The notes under the pieces were generated by a model. That model was not told the origin of the DNA, did not search any database, and was given only the letters and a program-made list of their open reading frames with translations. This document shows, piece after piece, positions 26,265 through 35,575 of a DNA stretch of 39,466 nt (the stretch's first letter is position 1; every line of letters begins with the position of its first letter). This stretch comes from Nanobdellota archaeon. GTDB lineage: Archaea > Nanobdellota > Nanobdellia > Woesearchaeales > GW2011-AR9. Position numbers and translations under genes: made by a program. Location: positions 1 through 39,466 of the forward strand of contig JAHJGQ010000100.1 of the NCBI GenBank assembly GCA_018824365.1, read 5' to 3'.

Positions 26265-27104
26265 ATGAAAATTATCCTGAGTAGAAAAGGGTTTGATTGT
26301 GAAAATGGGGGTTATGCTAGCCCGGTTCTTCCCAATGGAAAGCTAATATCTCTACCGATTCCATCAAGTGATGTAATAAAATATTCTGATTTAAAATTAG
26401 ATGACAACAAATCCTATTTTGATTTAATGAAAGAATTAAAACCAAAAATAAAATATAACAAAGAATGGTGCGAATTAACCAAAGAAACAAAATGTCATTT
26501 AGATCCTGATATTTATGTAGATATTCTAAAAAGAGATAGAGATTGGAAAGCTTCTTTTGGACAAATTAACCAATCACAATCACATTTACTAAATGAAGGA
26601 GTTAGAGAAGGAGATCTATTTTTGTTTTTTGGTTGGTTTAGACAGACTATCTTAAATAATGGTAAATTATGTTTTGATAAATCTGCTCCTGATTTACACA
26701 TACTTTTTGGATATCTTCAGATAGGAAAGATAATCCAAGTCAATAATAAAACCAAAATCCCAAAATGGATGAAATTTCATCCGCATGCAGTAGATGAAGA
26801 TAGAATAAAAACTTCTACAAATACAATCTATGTTACAAGAAAGAATTTAACATGGGATGAAGGATTATCTGGAGCAGGAATTTTTAGATTTAATAAAGAA
26901 TTAGTATTGACAAAAGAAGGTCTTTCCCGTTCAAAATGGGGCTTGCCAGATTTTTTTAAACAAGTGAAAATAAGTTATCATTCTGAAAAATCATGGAAGC
27001 CAGAAGGATATTTTAAATCAGTAGATAAAGGTCAAGAGTTCGTGATTGAAAATAATGAAGATGTTGAGAATTGGGCTAAATCAATAATAAAAAACAATAG
27101 TTAA
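26265..27104 (+). CDS. Hypothetical protein resembling the Nmad3 (nucleotide-modification-associated) family
   Basis: The N-terminal MKIILSRKGFDCENGGYASPVLPNGKLISLPIP matches my memory of the family signature. This is unverified. Confidence 0.45.
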   Translation: MKIILSRKGFDCENGGYASPVLPNGKLISLPIPSSDVIKYSDLKLDDNKSYFDLMKELKPKIKYNKEWCELTKETKCHLDPDIYVDILKRDRDWKASFGQINQSQSHLLNEGVREGDLFLFFGWFRQTILNNGKLCFDKSAPDLHILFGYLQIGKIIQVNNKTKIPKWMKFHPHAVDEDRIKTSTNTIYVTRKNLTWDEGLSGAGIFRFNKELVLTKEGLSRSKWGLPDFFKQVKISYHSEKSWKPEGYFKSVDKGQEFVIENNEDVENWAKSIIKNNS

Positions 27105-27317
27105 GTCAAAAATAATTTTTTTAATTCTTCTGCTTCTTTACCAAACTATTTCTATTCTCGCAGAATTTAACGAATGCAAAAATAATTTACACAATAGATA
27201 GAAAAATAACAAACTCCCTCTAAAATCACAATAAAAGAAAAATAAAAACACTAATTTGGCATTTAATTAAAATTTCTCTGAGGTATTTTTATTATCTTCT
27301 TCAACAATTGGTTTTAT

Positions 27318-28097
27318 ATGACTTTTAAAAAATGCGCTTTGACATCACTGCTTCTTACTCTCGGAGCATGCAGCGGAACTAGCTGTTCAAGAACTTATGA
27401 AAGACCTCCTATAACACAGGAAGTGAGAGATAGAAATGATAATAACCTCAATAGTGATACGATTAATGAAATCTTAGATGCTTCAGTGAAGATAAGAAGC
27501 AAGTATACGTATCTTGAAAACATAGATGATATGACTTCTATTGAACTTAAGATAAAAGGGAGCTTGGGTTCAGGTGTAGTTCTATATGATGATGATAAAG
27601 AGGAATTTTATGTGATTACGGCTAATCATGTACTTCCGCCAAAGGAAATAGAGAATGGTATCCTACTGGAACAGACGGTTACAGCAGGGGAAATTGAGGG
27701 TGAAGTGATTAAACGCAATGAAGGCATCGATCTGGCTTTGCTTAAACTTACAGGTGGAAAGTTCATGCCTTATACAAGAAAGTTTGCGCAAGATACAAAC
27801 ATAGGAGATTATGTTATAGGTGCAGGTTTTCCCAGTGGTGGGCAAAAAATTCTCTTTAAAGGATTTATTTCCAGTTATGATATTCGTGATGAGGTTCCTG
27901 TACATACGGTTATAGATTCTAGTATCTCTCCCGGAGATTCAGGATCAGGTACTTACATCTTGCAGAACGGAAAAGCACATCTTGCTGGGATTGTACAAGT
28001 ATATTATCTAAATAAAAGAGGCCAGGCAGGGATGTCACCATTATCATATCTTAGAAACTTTGTCAAAGATACGGATATTGAAGATGAATATCTGTAA
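27318..28097 (+). CDS. Trypsin-like serine protease, probable lipoprotein
   Basis: Lipobox LTLGAC. Catalytic triad context ITANHV / IDLALLKL / GDSGSG. Confidence 0.8.
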   Translation: MTFKKCALTSLLLTLGACSGTSCSRTYERPPITQEVRDRNDNNLNSDTINEILDASVKIRSKYTYLENIDDMTSIELKIKGSLGSGVVLYDDDKEEFYVITANHVLPPKEIENGILLEQTVTAGEIEGEVIKRNEGIDLALLKLTGGKFMPYTRKFAQDTNIGDYVIGAGFPSGGQKILFKGFISSYDIRDEVPVHTVIDSSISPGDSGSGTYILQNGKAHLAGIVQVYYLNKRGQAGMSPLSYLRNFVKDTDIEDEYL

Positions 28098-28214
28098 AAA
28101 AACTTTAGCAAAAGGAAGAATAAAAAAATCAATCTTGCCGTTTGTTAAAAAATTCAATGACTATTTTTATATGATCCAAATTAATTAAATCTTTCATAAA
28201 GTAGTGGTGGTAAA

Positions 28215-28526
28215 ATGGGAAACAATGATTCTTACAAAAAATTAGAATTGCCGAATATAAATATTGCTTTAGTCCATATCGATATGGAAGGCAATAAAAA
28301 TTGTTATGCACTTGGCGAAGATGGTAATCTTTATGCACCGGCAAATCTAGAAGCTTATCTATTCCCTTACTCAGAAAAAGCTTTGTACACCCTTTATTCT
28401 AAAGATAGGTTCTTGATAGAAAAGATACGTTTTCAGTCTATTGAAGATTATCTGATAATAGACGAAGATAATCTTGAAGATTATATGGTTGAGGAGGAAG
28501 ATGAGCCTTACAGAAATGATCGGTGA
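28215..28526 (+). CDS. Acidic hypothetical protein
   Basis: 103-aa ORF. Its 3' end overlaps the start of the next gene by 26 nt. Confidence 0.5.
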   Translation: MGNNDSYKKLELPNINIALVHIDMEGNKNCYALGEDGNLYAPANLEAYLFPYSEKALYTLYSKDRFLIEKIRFQSIEDYLIIDEDNLEDYMVEEEDEPYRNDR

Positions 28527-29316
28527 ATGGGATACTTTTCATCAGATGGCAAGCAAGTCTGAACTTAAACCGACACTTCATTCAAAAACTTTTGATACGG
28601 ATAAATTGACTCTTGTCTTGATGGGAGACATGCATATAGGCAGTAAGTTTTATGATGCAGATAGGCATAAAGAAATCTTAGAATGGTGTTGGGAACAAAA
28701 AACTCCTTTAATTCTTATGGGCGACAATATTGAAGCTGCTACAAGAGATTCTGTCGGAGCAGGTGTTTATGAGCAGTCAGAAATAATAGAAGAGCAGGTT
28801 GAACATTTTTATCATCTGTTTAAGCCTTTCGCTAAAGAAGGTTTGATACTTGGGATGCATGAAGGCAACCATGAAGCAAGAGTATACAAAGCTACCGGTT
28901 TTGATCTGGCAAAAAACATGGCAAGACAATTAGGCATCTCTTATTTTAGCTATTCAAAACTGCATAACTTAATAGTTGGAAATCAAAGTTATACGATGTA
29001 CACAACACATGGTGCCAGCGGAGCTACAAAACCGCATACAAAAATCAAAGGCGCATTGGATCTATCTCATGTTGCTGATACGGAAATATATGCAATGGGC
29101 CATGTCCATACTTTGGATCATCATGTCAGAACTTATTATGAAGTTGATAAGCGTAATAAGAAGATTGTACAGAAAAAGAAACATTTTATCATCACTGGAA
29201 GTTACTTGTCTCATTGGGGAAGTTATGGTCATATCAAGAACATGGAACCCTCACCTATCGGCAGTCCTAAACTTAAATTGTCAGGAGTGGAACACGAAGT
29301 AAGAGTTTCATTATGA
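28501..29316 (+). CDS. Calcineurin-like metallophosphoesterase
   Basis: Motifs GDMHIG, GDNIEA, GNHE, TTHG and GHVH. The start is set at ATG 28501, preceded by GAGGAGG. Confidence 0.8.
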   Translation: MSLTEMIGEWDTFHQMASKSELKPTLHSKTFDTDKLTLVLMGDMHIGSKFYDADRHKEILEWCWEQKTPLILMGDNIEAATRDSVGAGVYEQSEIIEEQVEHFYHLFKPFAKEGLILGMHEGNHEARVYKATGFDLAKNMARQLGISYFSYSKLHNLIVGNQSYTMYTTHGASGATKPHTKIKGALDLSHVADTEIYAMGHVHTLDHHVRTYYEVDKRNKKIVQKKKHFIITGSYLSHWGSYGHIKNMEPSPIGSPKLKLSGVEHEVRVSL

Positions 29317-29492
29317 AAGAATATAAATTCTTCTTTGATGGATACTTTTCCAGAGCTTATGCTTTCGATGAGCAGACTGAAAAATATCTACGTGAAAAAG
29401 ATCTTAAGAAAGTAACTCTCGTCGAACTTACAGAATCGGAACTTGAGATCCTGATGAGAGAGAAGAGAAAAGATGAATTGGAAAATACTTAA
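29313..29492 (+). CDS. Small hypothetical protein (59 aa)
   Basis: Shares an ATGA start/stop overlap with the phosphoesterase gene. Not in the ORF track because it is shorter than 60 aa. Confidence 0.4.
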   Translation: MKEYKFFFDGYFSRAYAFDEQTEKYLREKDLKKVTLVELTESELEILMREKRKDELENT

Positions 29493-29618
29493 ATAAAATA
29501 ATAACTTTCTTAAATCATCATCTGTTGATTAACTAAAAGAAAATTAATTGTTTGTCTTTTGCGATTAAGTAAATATTTCTGAAGATGTTTTTATTTAGTT
29601 CTAGAAGATAGAAAATTC

Positions 29619-29936
29619 ATGAAAGAGTTAGAAGAACTTGCAGGACTTGAAGAGCTTGAAGATCATGAATGGTTAGAAAGGATTGAAAAAGTAAAAAGGA
29701 TCAAAAGAGTAGAAAAGAAAAAATCTCTTCAAGAGATAATCAATTTAGGGGGAGGGAAAATCACGGTAAGAGCTTATGATCCATCACAAAAAAAACATCT
29801 TCCGACGATGCTTAATTATGAAGAATTTTTAGATTATTTGGTCTCTGAAAATTCTTTTTGTTTTCATGGCTCAATAGAAGAAAAAAGAAAAGTATGGGTA
29901 TATGTAAATAATCTTCCGTTTAAGTATGAATGTTGA
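29619..29936 (+). CDS. Hypothetical protein
   Basis: 105-aa ORF with a charged N-terminal half. Confidence 0.45.
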   Translation: MKELEELAGLEELEDHEWLERIEKVKRIKRVEKKKSLQEIINLGGGKITVRAYDPSQKKHLPTMLNYEEFLDYLVSENSFCFHGSIEEKRKVWVYVNNLPFKYEC

Positions 29937-29971
29937 ATTTGGGTGTGGTTTTTAAATCAATTTAAAACTAG

Positions 29972-30090
29972 TAAGTAATAGGTCAGCTTGCACGGCACGA
30001 GTATTTTTGGCTCAAGGTAAAATCTTAACAACTTAATTTAAGCTCAACTTGCCAAAAATGTGCCTCCATTGGCAAAATAGACCTATTACT
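29972..30090. repeat. 119-nt imperfect long hairpin (inverted repeat)
   Basis: 12-bp perfect outer stem (29972-29983 with 30079-30090). Further in: 4 bp (29987-29990 with 30071-30074), 5 bp (29993-29997 with 30059-30063) and 9 bp (30002-30010 with 30050-30058). Confidence 0.7.
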
Positions 30091-30244
30091 TTCTAAACCT
30101 AATTACTCAATGTGCAGGAAATGTAACAAATTTTGCAATAAAGTAGATATTTCTATACAAATCTTTTTAAATTAACAAATCATCGAAAACTAGTGGGTGT
30201 TTTTTTTGTAATTTTATAAATCAATAAATTTTTCAGGAGGACTT

Positions 30245-32623
30245 ATGCTAGAAAAAATAATAGATTTTTTATTCCAGCGTAAACCTACTTATGTCCCTGA
30301 AAATACTTCTGAAAAAGATTTAGTCAATACAGTAGGGAAAGGTCTTAAAGAGAAGCAGTCTAAGTTATTAGACACTTTTAATCTAATGATGCAGCAGAAA
30401 TGGGATCCATTTGATATTTCAAATTCTATTGTGGCATTGAGATTATTAGAAAAAAAACATGATCTTCCAAAAGAAGTTTATCAATTAGTTGAACATGCAG
30501 TTGAATATGGCTCTTTAGAACCTTATCCTTATCATCTATTTAAGATACCCGTTGGAGACCATGAAAAAAAACAAAATTCTTTTTCACAATTAGAAACGCT
30601 ATTAGAAGGGATAAGTATTTTGGAATCTGTAGATAATCCTCCTAGGTGGGTATACACCGACCTTTGGGATAAATGGCACGGAAATAACGATAAAGCAAAC
30701 AGCGATTTTTTCGCATCTGACGTGAAGATCTCAGCAAATAAATTGATCAATGCTAGCGACATGCCAAGGAAAGCGCGGAACTTTTTCTTGAAAGTGATGG
30801 ACAACTTTGTTCCGGATTATGAAGTCTCTTATGGAATAAGAGCGGGAAGGTTAGCAGAAAATATATCGCTGGCAACAGAAGAAACATATTCTGGATCATA
30901 TAGTTATTGTAATGCTCTTTTTGAGATTTTTCCGGAAACCCCGCCGGAAGTTTACGGTGCTTTTCTTTCTCTTCCGCAAAACGTTCCAGATAAGTTTGAT
31001 ACTTTTATAATAAAATTATTAAAATTGCTGCCTGAACAGGCAAAAAAATATCATTACTTAAAGAAGATAGAAGAAGTTACAACAGAAGTGGTTGGCCTGT
31101 TAAGAAACGGACATAACCCTGCTGTAGTCGGGCAGCTTTTTGGTAATTGTGATTTTGAAGCTGATGGTGCTATGAGGGCATTGTATGTGAGGGGACAACT
31201 TTTAGCTAAAATAAAAAAAGAAGTTCCCATCAACCAGATTACCAATAAATTTGTTGGTCTGATCTCAATGCTTGAACATGTAAATTATAATGTTGATCCA
31301 ATAATCTTCCATCTTGCCAGTAAGCTACCGGATCCTGAACAGGAACATTTTAACTGGCACATCGATAATCTAAGAGGCTATACTAACTCTATTGACCTGA
31401 TCATTTTTGCAGACGCATTATATGATTATATGGTAGGTAAACAGCTAAGCCATCTACAGGAAAAAGACTTTGCTACTTTCCTTTCAAGATCCATGCGCAG
31501 CGGTACTAAGAAAAGAAAAGAACGTCAGGAGATTGAAAGCGTCTTAAAGAGTAATCTGGAATCCTTGCAGGATTGTCCTGAACATGTCAAAGAATATTAT
31601 GGTAGTTTGTTTCCTCAAATTATGGTTCAAAATAAAATGCTTGATGTTGGTGAAGATAATGGAGCTTGGTATCTCGACCAGGAAGCGGTTTCAGCTTTTC
31701 TTAAAGCTAAAACAAATCATGATTCCAAAGATGGGAACTTCCTTAATGAAGTAGTTAACAAGCTAATTATGGGGGGTTTATTGGATAACAGAAAACAGAG
31801 AAATATTGTTACGGTTAACCTTGCCTGTGGGTCAGCTTATTCTGAACTTAGGTTCGGCGAAATTTTAGGAAGTAAAAGAAACGGTTTTGATGTCCAATCT
31901 TTGCTTATTGATAATAATGCTCCCATGCTTGAATCAGCAGCACTTAATTGTCAGATCTCCAGAAAGAAAGCATCTTTACTTAAAAAAGATATTAGATATC
32001 TTTCTTATGAAGGAGATGTTTTACCTTACTTCCAGCCGCAGGATAGGCAATTAATACTTACTCTCTTCGGAAGGACTTTCTTTAATCTTGAATTGACTGC
32101 AGAGGTTGTAATTGAAAGGATCTTTGAAATTGCAGAAAGACATTCTCGTAATAGTAAAAGTCCGACGATAGTGCTGCTGGAAGGGGATAAAGAGAAGAAC
32201 ATGAAATATTACCGTGATCCTGGATCAGAACAGATGCATCTTGTTTATTTAGCTAATCGTTTAGATGTCAGAAAAGAAAACTTTTTTGTTAGAAATGAAT
32301 CTACTTATGCAGCTTTATTGACTCCTGATAAGAGCAAAGTAGAATTTTATTTTTTGATCACTGAAGATGTACCTATGGTAAAAACAGCCCTGAACTCTTT
32401 TTGGTTAAGAAGCGGCCGTGTTATCAGGATTGGAGAAAGCAGAACAGTCCAGCCTTCCCTTAGAGATTATTTTGAAAGAAAAGGATTTCAATATGGTGAA
32501 GTTAACAATAAATATGATGAAGTGATGGTCGTTCTTACTCCAGACACCGGTAAATTTTTGACGGTAAAAGACACTCAGCCATTAAGATTGAATAATTATA
32601 AAGGAGGAGTTAAATTAAAATGA
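30245..32623 (+). CDS. 792-aa protein: unknown helical N-terminal region plus a C-terminal EgtD/EasF-like methyltransferase-fold domain
   Basis: AGGAGG lies before the ATG. The C-terminal roughly 270 aa show the motif order NLACGSAYSE, TLFGRTFFNL, LLEGDKEKN..YRDP, VEFYF and IRIGESRTVQPSLRDYFERKGF. Confidence 0.65.
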   Translation: MLEKIIDFLFQRKPTYVPENTSEKDLVNTVGKGLKEKQSKLLDTFNLMMQQKWDPFDISNSIVALRLLEKKHDLPKEVYQLVEHAVEYGSLEPYPYHLFKIPVGDHEKKQNSFSQLETLLEGISILESVDNPPRWVYTDLWDKWHGNNDKANSDFFASDVKISANKLINASDMPRKARNFFLKVMDNFVPDYEVSYGIRAGRLAENISLATEETYSGSYSYCNALFEIFPETPPEVYGAFLSLPQNVPDKFDTFIIKLLKLLPEQAKKYHYLKKIEEVTTEVVGLLRNGHNPAVVGQLFGNCDFEADGAMRALYVRGQLLAKIKKEVPINQITNKFVGLISMLEHVNYNVDPIIFHLASKLPDPEQEHFNWHIDNLRGYTNSIDLIIFADALYDYMVGKQLSHLQEKDFATFLSRSMRSGTKKRKERQEIESVLKSNLESLQDCPEHVKEYYGSLFPQIMVQNKMLDVGEDNGAWYLDQEAVSAFLKAKTNHDSKDGNFLNEVVNKLIMGGLLDNRKQRNIVTVNLACGSAYSELRFGEILGSKRNGFDVQSLLIDNNAPMLESAALNCQISRKKASLLKKDIRYLSYEGDVLPYFQPQDRQLILTLFGRTFFNLELTAEVVIERIFEIAERHSRNSKSPTIVLLEGDKEKNMKYYRDPGSEQMHLVYLANRLDVRKENFFVRNESTYAALLTPDKSKVEFYFLITEDVPMVKTALNSFWLRSGRVIRIGESRTVQPSLRDYFERKGFQYGEVNNKYDEVMVVLTPDTGKFLTVKDTQPLRLNNYKGGVKLK

Positions 32624-34200
32624 GTATCTCAAATACTTTAGAAAAAAGGATTGAAGATAGTGTCTTTCGAGAATTATCAGATAATAAAAAAGGGATACGT
32701 AAGCAGTTCATCAATCTTTTACATCCCTATGCTTATTATGGTCGCGATTTTTATGGAGGAAAAAGAAATCCTTCGTTGAGAGTTGGGATGCTGCCCAGGA
32801 TCACCAAAAGGTTTATGCCTAACTGGATAAATTTAGGAAAAATAGTCCGGATGATCTTCGATTTTCCTGCTGATCAACCTTTAAATCCTCATTTCATGCA
32901 CGATATAAAAGAGCCGCTTCTCGGCGCTTTGAGTAAGATGGGCACTGAATCCTATACGGATGAGTGGAAAGATGTCAGAGCACAAAACGACATATCAGAT
33001 TCCATCGAAGCTTCAACAGATATAACTGTAGTGATGAACAAGCTTTTAGGTTTAGCAAGTGATCAGCATATCATTAAATCTTTTGAGATGATCGAAAGAA
33101 AAGAAATCGATGAATATATTGTTGTTGACCTGGGAACAAGTGTAGAAGGGAATACTATCATAGCTCATCTAAACAGGATCAGATCTTTAGCAGAACAGAA
33201 GAGAATATTACCTAATTATGATAATTATGTGAAAGTTGTCCTTGTTGATGTTGATCCTAGGGCGACGTTTAAAGCTGAAGAAAGATTATACTCTCTTGAT
33301 CTTAAACCGAGACAAGTAGAATCGATCAATACTAATTTTATCGATATGCCTGCAAATAATACTTTAGCGATGAATTATAAAGGAAGAATCAACACTTTTT
33401 TATCTGGTGCGGCATTGATCCATGTAACTGACTTAGAGCCTACATTCAAATTTCTTAATTATATCGCTTCTGAAAATAGTGCTTTTTTTATTTGGGATTG
33501 GCATGCAATGTGTTTTGCCGGCAGATACCTAAGATTAGCGGAAGATGGAGAAGACAAGATTGTCTTCCAATTAAATCATGGTCTAGATAAAAAAAGAAGT
33601 GAAATTAAACTTAATCTAAACGAGGAGATCTCTGGAGAATTACTATCTCGGCTTGCAGATGTGCAGATGAAAACTATCTTTGAAATAAAAGAAGAATACA
33701 TCCCTGCGATTGTTGCAAATGCGATAGCATGGATGGGTTATTGGGGTTTTTCTGTTTTCAATAAAGAAGAGAATAAGATCATAGAAAAAGAAATTGAAGG
33801 CAAACCTTTATCAGCATATTTCAAAGAAACTTTTCATAGAAAAATCAGGTCAGAAAAAGGTTTTGGTTTCATCGACGATTTTGCAGTTGGGATGATCTGG
33901 AAAAACATGATGCGTGGAAATCTCGAACCTTTTTATGGGGTGACACCAAGCAGTTATAACCTAATTGAAGGTTATGGGGATGATTATGCAAGACTGATGA
34001 AAAATGCAGGATTAAATGCGGTTGACATCTCTCTCGACAAATTTTTAAAAAATTCAAATAGGAGAGATTGTTTCGATTTTTTTGATCATCGGATGAGTTA
34101 TGCACAGAAAAGAGTAAAAGATGCAATGCGCTTTACGTTTGGATGCAAGAACAAGGATTATTTTAATGGTTTGTTTTTACCATTCGTAGAAGGAAGATAA
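32620..34200 (+). CDS. 526-aa protein with a divergent class I (Rossmann) methyltransferase-like core
   Basis: Shares an ATGA overlap with the upstream gene. Motifs YIVVDLGTSVEGN, VVLVDVDPRA and TFLSGAALIHV. Confidence 0.65.
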   Translation: MSISNTLEKRIEDSVFRELSDNKKGIRKQFINLLHPYAYYGRDFYGGKRNPSLRVGMLPRITKRFMPNWINLGKIVRMIFDFPADQPLNPHFMHDIKEPLLGALSKMGTESYTDEWKDVRAQNDISDSIEASTDITVVMNKLLGLASDQHIIKSFEMIERKEIDEYIVVDLGTSVEGNTIIAHLNRIRSLAEQKRILPNYDNYVKVVLVDVDPRATFKAEERLYSLDLKPRQVESINTNFIDMPANNTLAMNYKGRINTFLSGAALIHVTDLEPTFKFLNYIASENSAFFIWDWHAMCFAGRYLRLAEDGEDKIVFQLNHGLDKKRSEIKLNLNEEISGELLSRLADVQMKTIFEIKEEYIPAIVANAIAWMGYWGFSVFNKEENKIIEKEIEGKPLSAYFKETFHRKIRSEKGFGFIDDFAVGMIWKNMMRGNLEPFYGVTPSSYNLIEGYGDDYARLMKNAGLNAVDISLDKFLKNSNRRDCFDFFDHRMSYAQKRVKDAMRFTFGCKNKDYFNGLFLPFVEGR

Positions 34201-35153
34201 TTTATCCTGTGTTCTTTATAGACAAGGGTAGCGTTTGAATCCTTAATTGTCTCAGGAAATTGTGCTTTAATGCTTCTTATTAGAAAATGTATATCTTTAA
34301 CGTTTTTCACATGAGCTTCAAATTCAAGGTCGGCATGGCCGAGAGCGTCGGTAACATATACAACATTAGGATTTATTTTTAGAAAACCGATAATATCTTT
34401 TCTTACCTTTTCAGTAAGTTGATGTAAAGAAAGGAATACTTTATAATGCTGATAACCGAGAGTGCTTACATCAATCTTGGTCTTGAAAGCTACAATCACC
34501 TTATTATCTATCAATCTTTTGATTCTGTATTTGACGGTGTTTGGCGGTAAGTTAAGTTTGCTTCCAATATTCAGTGTTGTATTCCTGCAATCTTCAGCGA
34601 GAATTTTTAGAATCTCATTGTCGATCTCGTCAAGCTCTATCGAATCGACTTTACCTCCTATGACTATTTGATTATAATCGTTGGAATCAAAAAGAAAATT
34701 ATGTTTAAAATGATAGATGTTGAGGATGACAGTTGTGACGATATTTTGAAAATATTTTCCGTATTCTGTAAAGAGACCGTCACACATCTCTCTAAATGAA
34801 AAGATGTCTTTTGCCCAAAAAAGAATAACCAAATCGTAAAAACCTTCATATGTTACAACCCACCCCACATTTGGATGATTTTTCAAATGTTTTAATAACT
34901 TCTGTTCTGTTTCAGGACTAAGATCCCTATATTTTATAAAAATCCTGTAAATCCTATATCCAATCTTAGAAGGATCTATCACTGCCCCAAAACCTTTTAT
35001 CACGTCGTTCTGCTGAAGACGTTTTATTCTATAATTAACAACTTCTTTACTGAGGCCTACTTTTTTTGCGATGTTAGAAATAAATTCTCTGCCGTTTAAA
35101 TCTAATTCAAATAATATTCTTTTATCTTTTGCATCAAGAACAAGAACACTCAT
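34158..35153 (-). CDS. Tandem (double) Lrp/AsnC-type transcriptional regulator
   Basis: Two HTH_AsnC modules (residues about 5-50 and about 175-220), each followed by a RAM-like domain. Confidence 0.8.
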   Translation of the reverse strand: MSVLVLDAKDKRILFELDLNGREFISNIAKKVGLSKEVVNYRIKRLQQNDVIKGFGAVIDPSKIGYRIYRIFIKYRDLSPETEQKLLKHLKNHPNVGWVVTYEGFYDLVILFWAKDIFSFREMCDGLFTEYGKYFQNIVTTVILNIYHFKHNFLFDSNDYNQIVIGGKVDSIELDEIDNEILKILAEDCRNTTLNIGSKLNLPPNTVKYRIKRLIDNKVIVAFKTKIDVSTLGYQHYKVFLSLHQLTEKVRKDIIGFLKINPNVVYVTDALGHADLEFEAHVKNVKDIHFLIRSIKAQFPETIKDSNATLVYKEHRINYLPSTNGKNKPLK

Positions 35154-35349
35154 TTTTTATTGTATGTCATCTGAACTATATAAAATTTGCTATAAAATAA
35201 AAATAAATCAGATAAATTTTATATTTATAATCATTTTCTTTAATTTAAATCATCTTAAATATTTTACGATTAATCATTTAACAAAACCAATTCAGTAAAA
35301 ATTCTTTTTGATAAAATATCTTCTGACAAGATATATATTGTCGTCTTAC

Positions 35350-35574
35350 ATGAATTGTTCTATGGAAAGAAAGAAAAAGATTATGCCCTGTAAATGTCTT
35401 TGCAGGGATGGCACTGCCTGCCTAAATAAGGGGAAACATGAGGGATATTGTTGGGTGCACAAAAAACGTGTTGAGTTTGTCAAACTGCAGACTCGGTTGG
35501 GAAATTATCCTGAACATAACATCGCTAGAAGATGGCTGGAAGATATTCCTCTTGAAAGAAGGTTATCCGGATAG
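35350..35574 (+). CDS. Small Cys-rich basic protein
   Basis: CKCLCRDGTACLNKGKHEGYCWVH cluster. The start is uncertain: TTG 35308, ATG 35350 or ATG 35362. Confidence 0.35.
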   Translation: MNCSMERKKKIMPCKCLCRDGTACLNKGKHEGYCWVHKKRVEFVKLQTRLGNYPEHNIARRWLEDIPLERRLSG

Positions 35575-35575
35575 T

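Noticed and set aside
28474-28500. The track start of the metallophosphoesterase gene (MKIIWLRRK...).
   Set aside because: ATG 28501 is preceded by GAGGAGG. The earlier codons lie deep inside the upstream acidic ORF.
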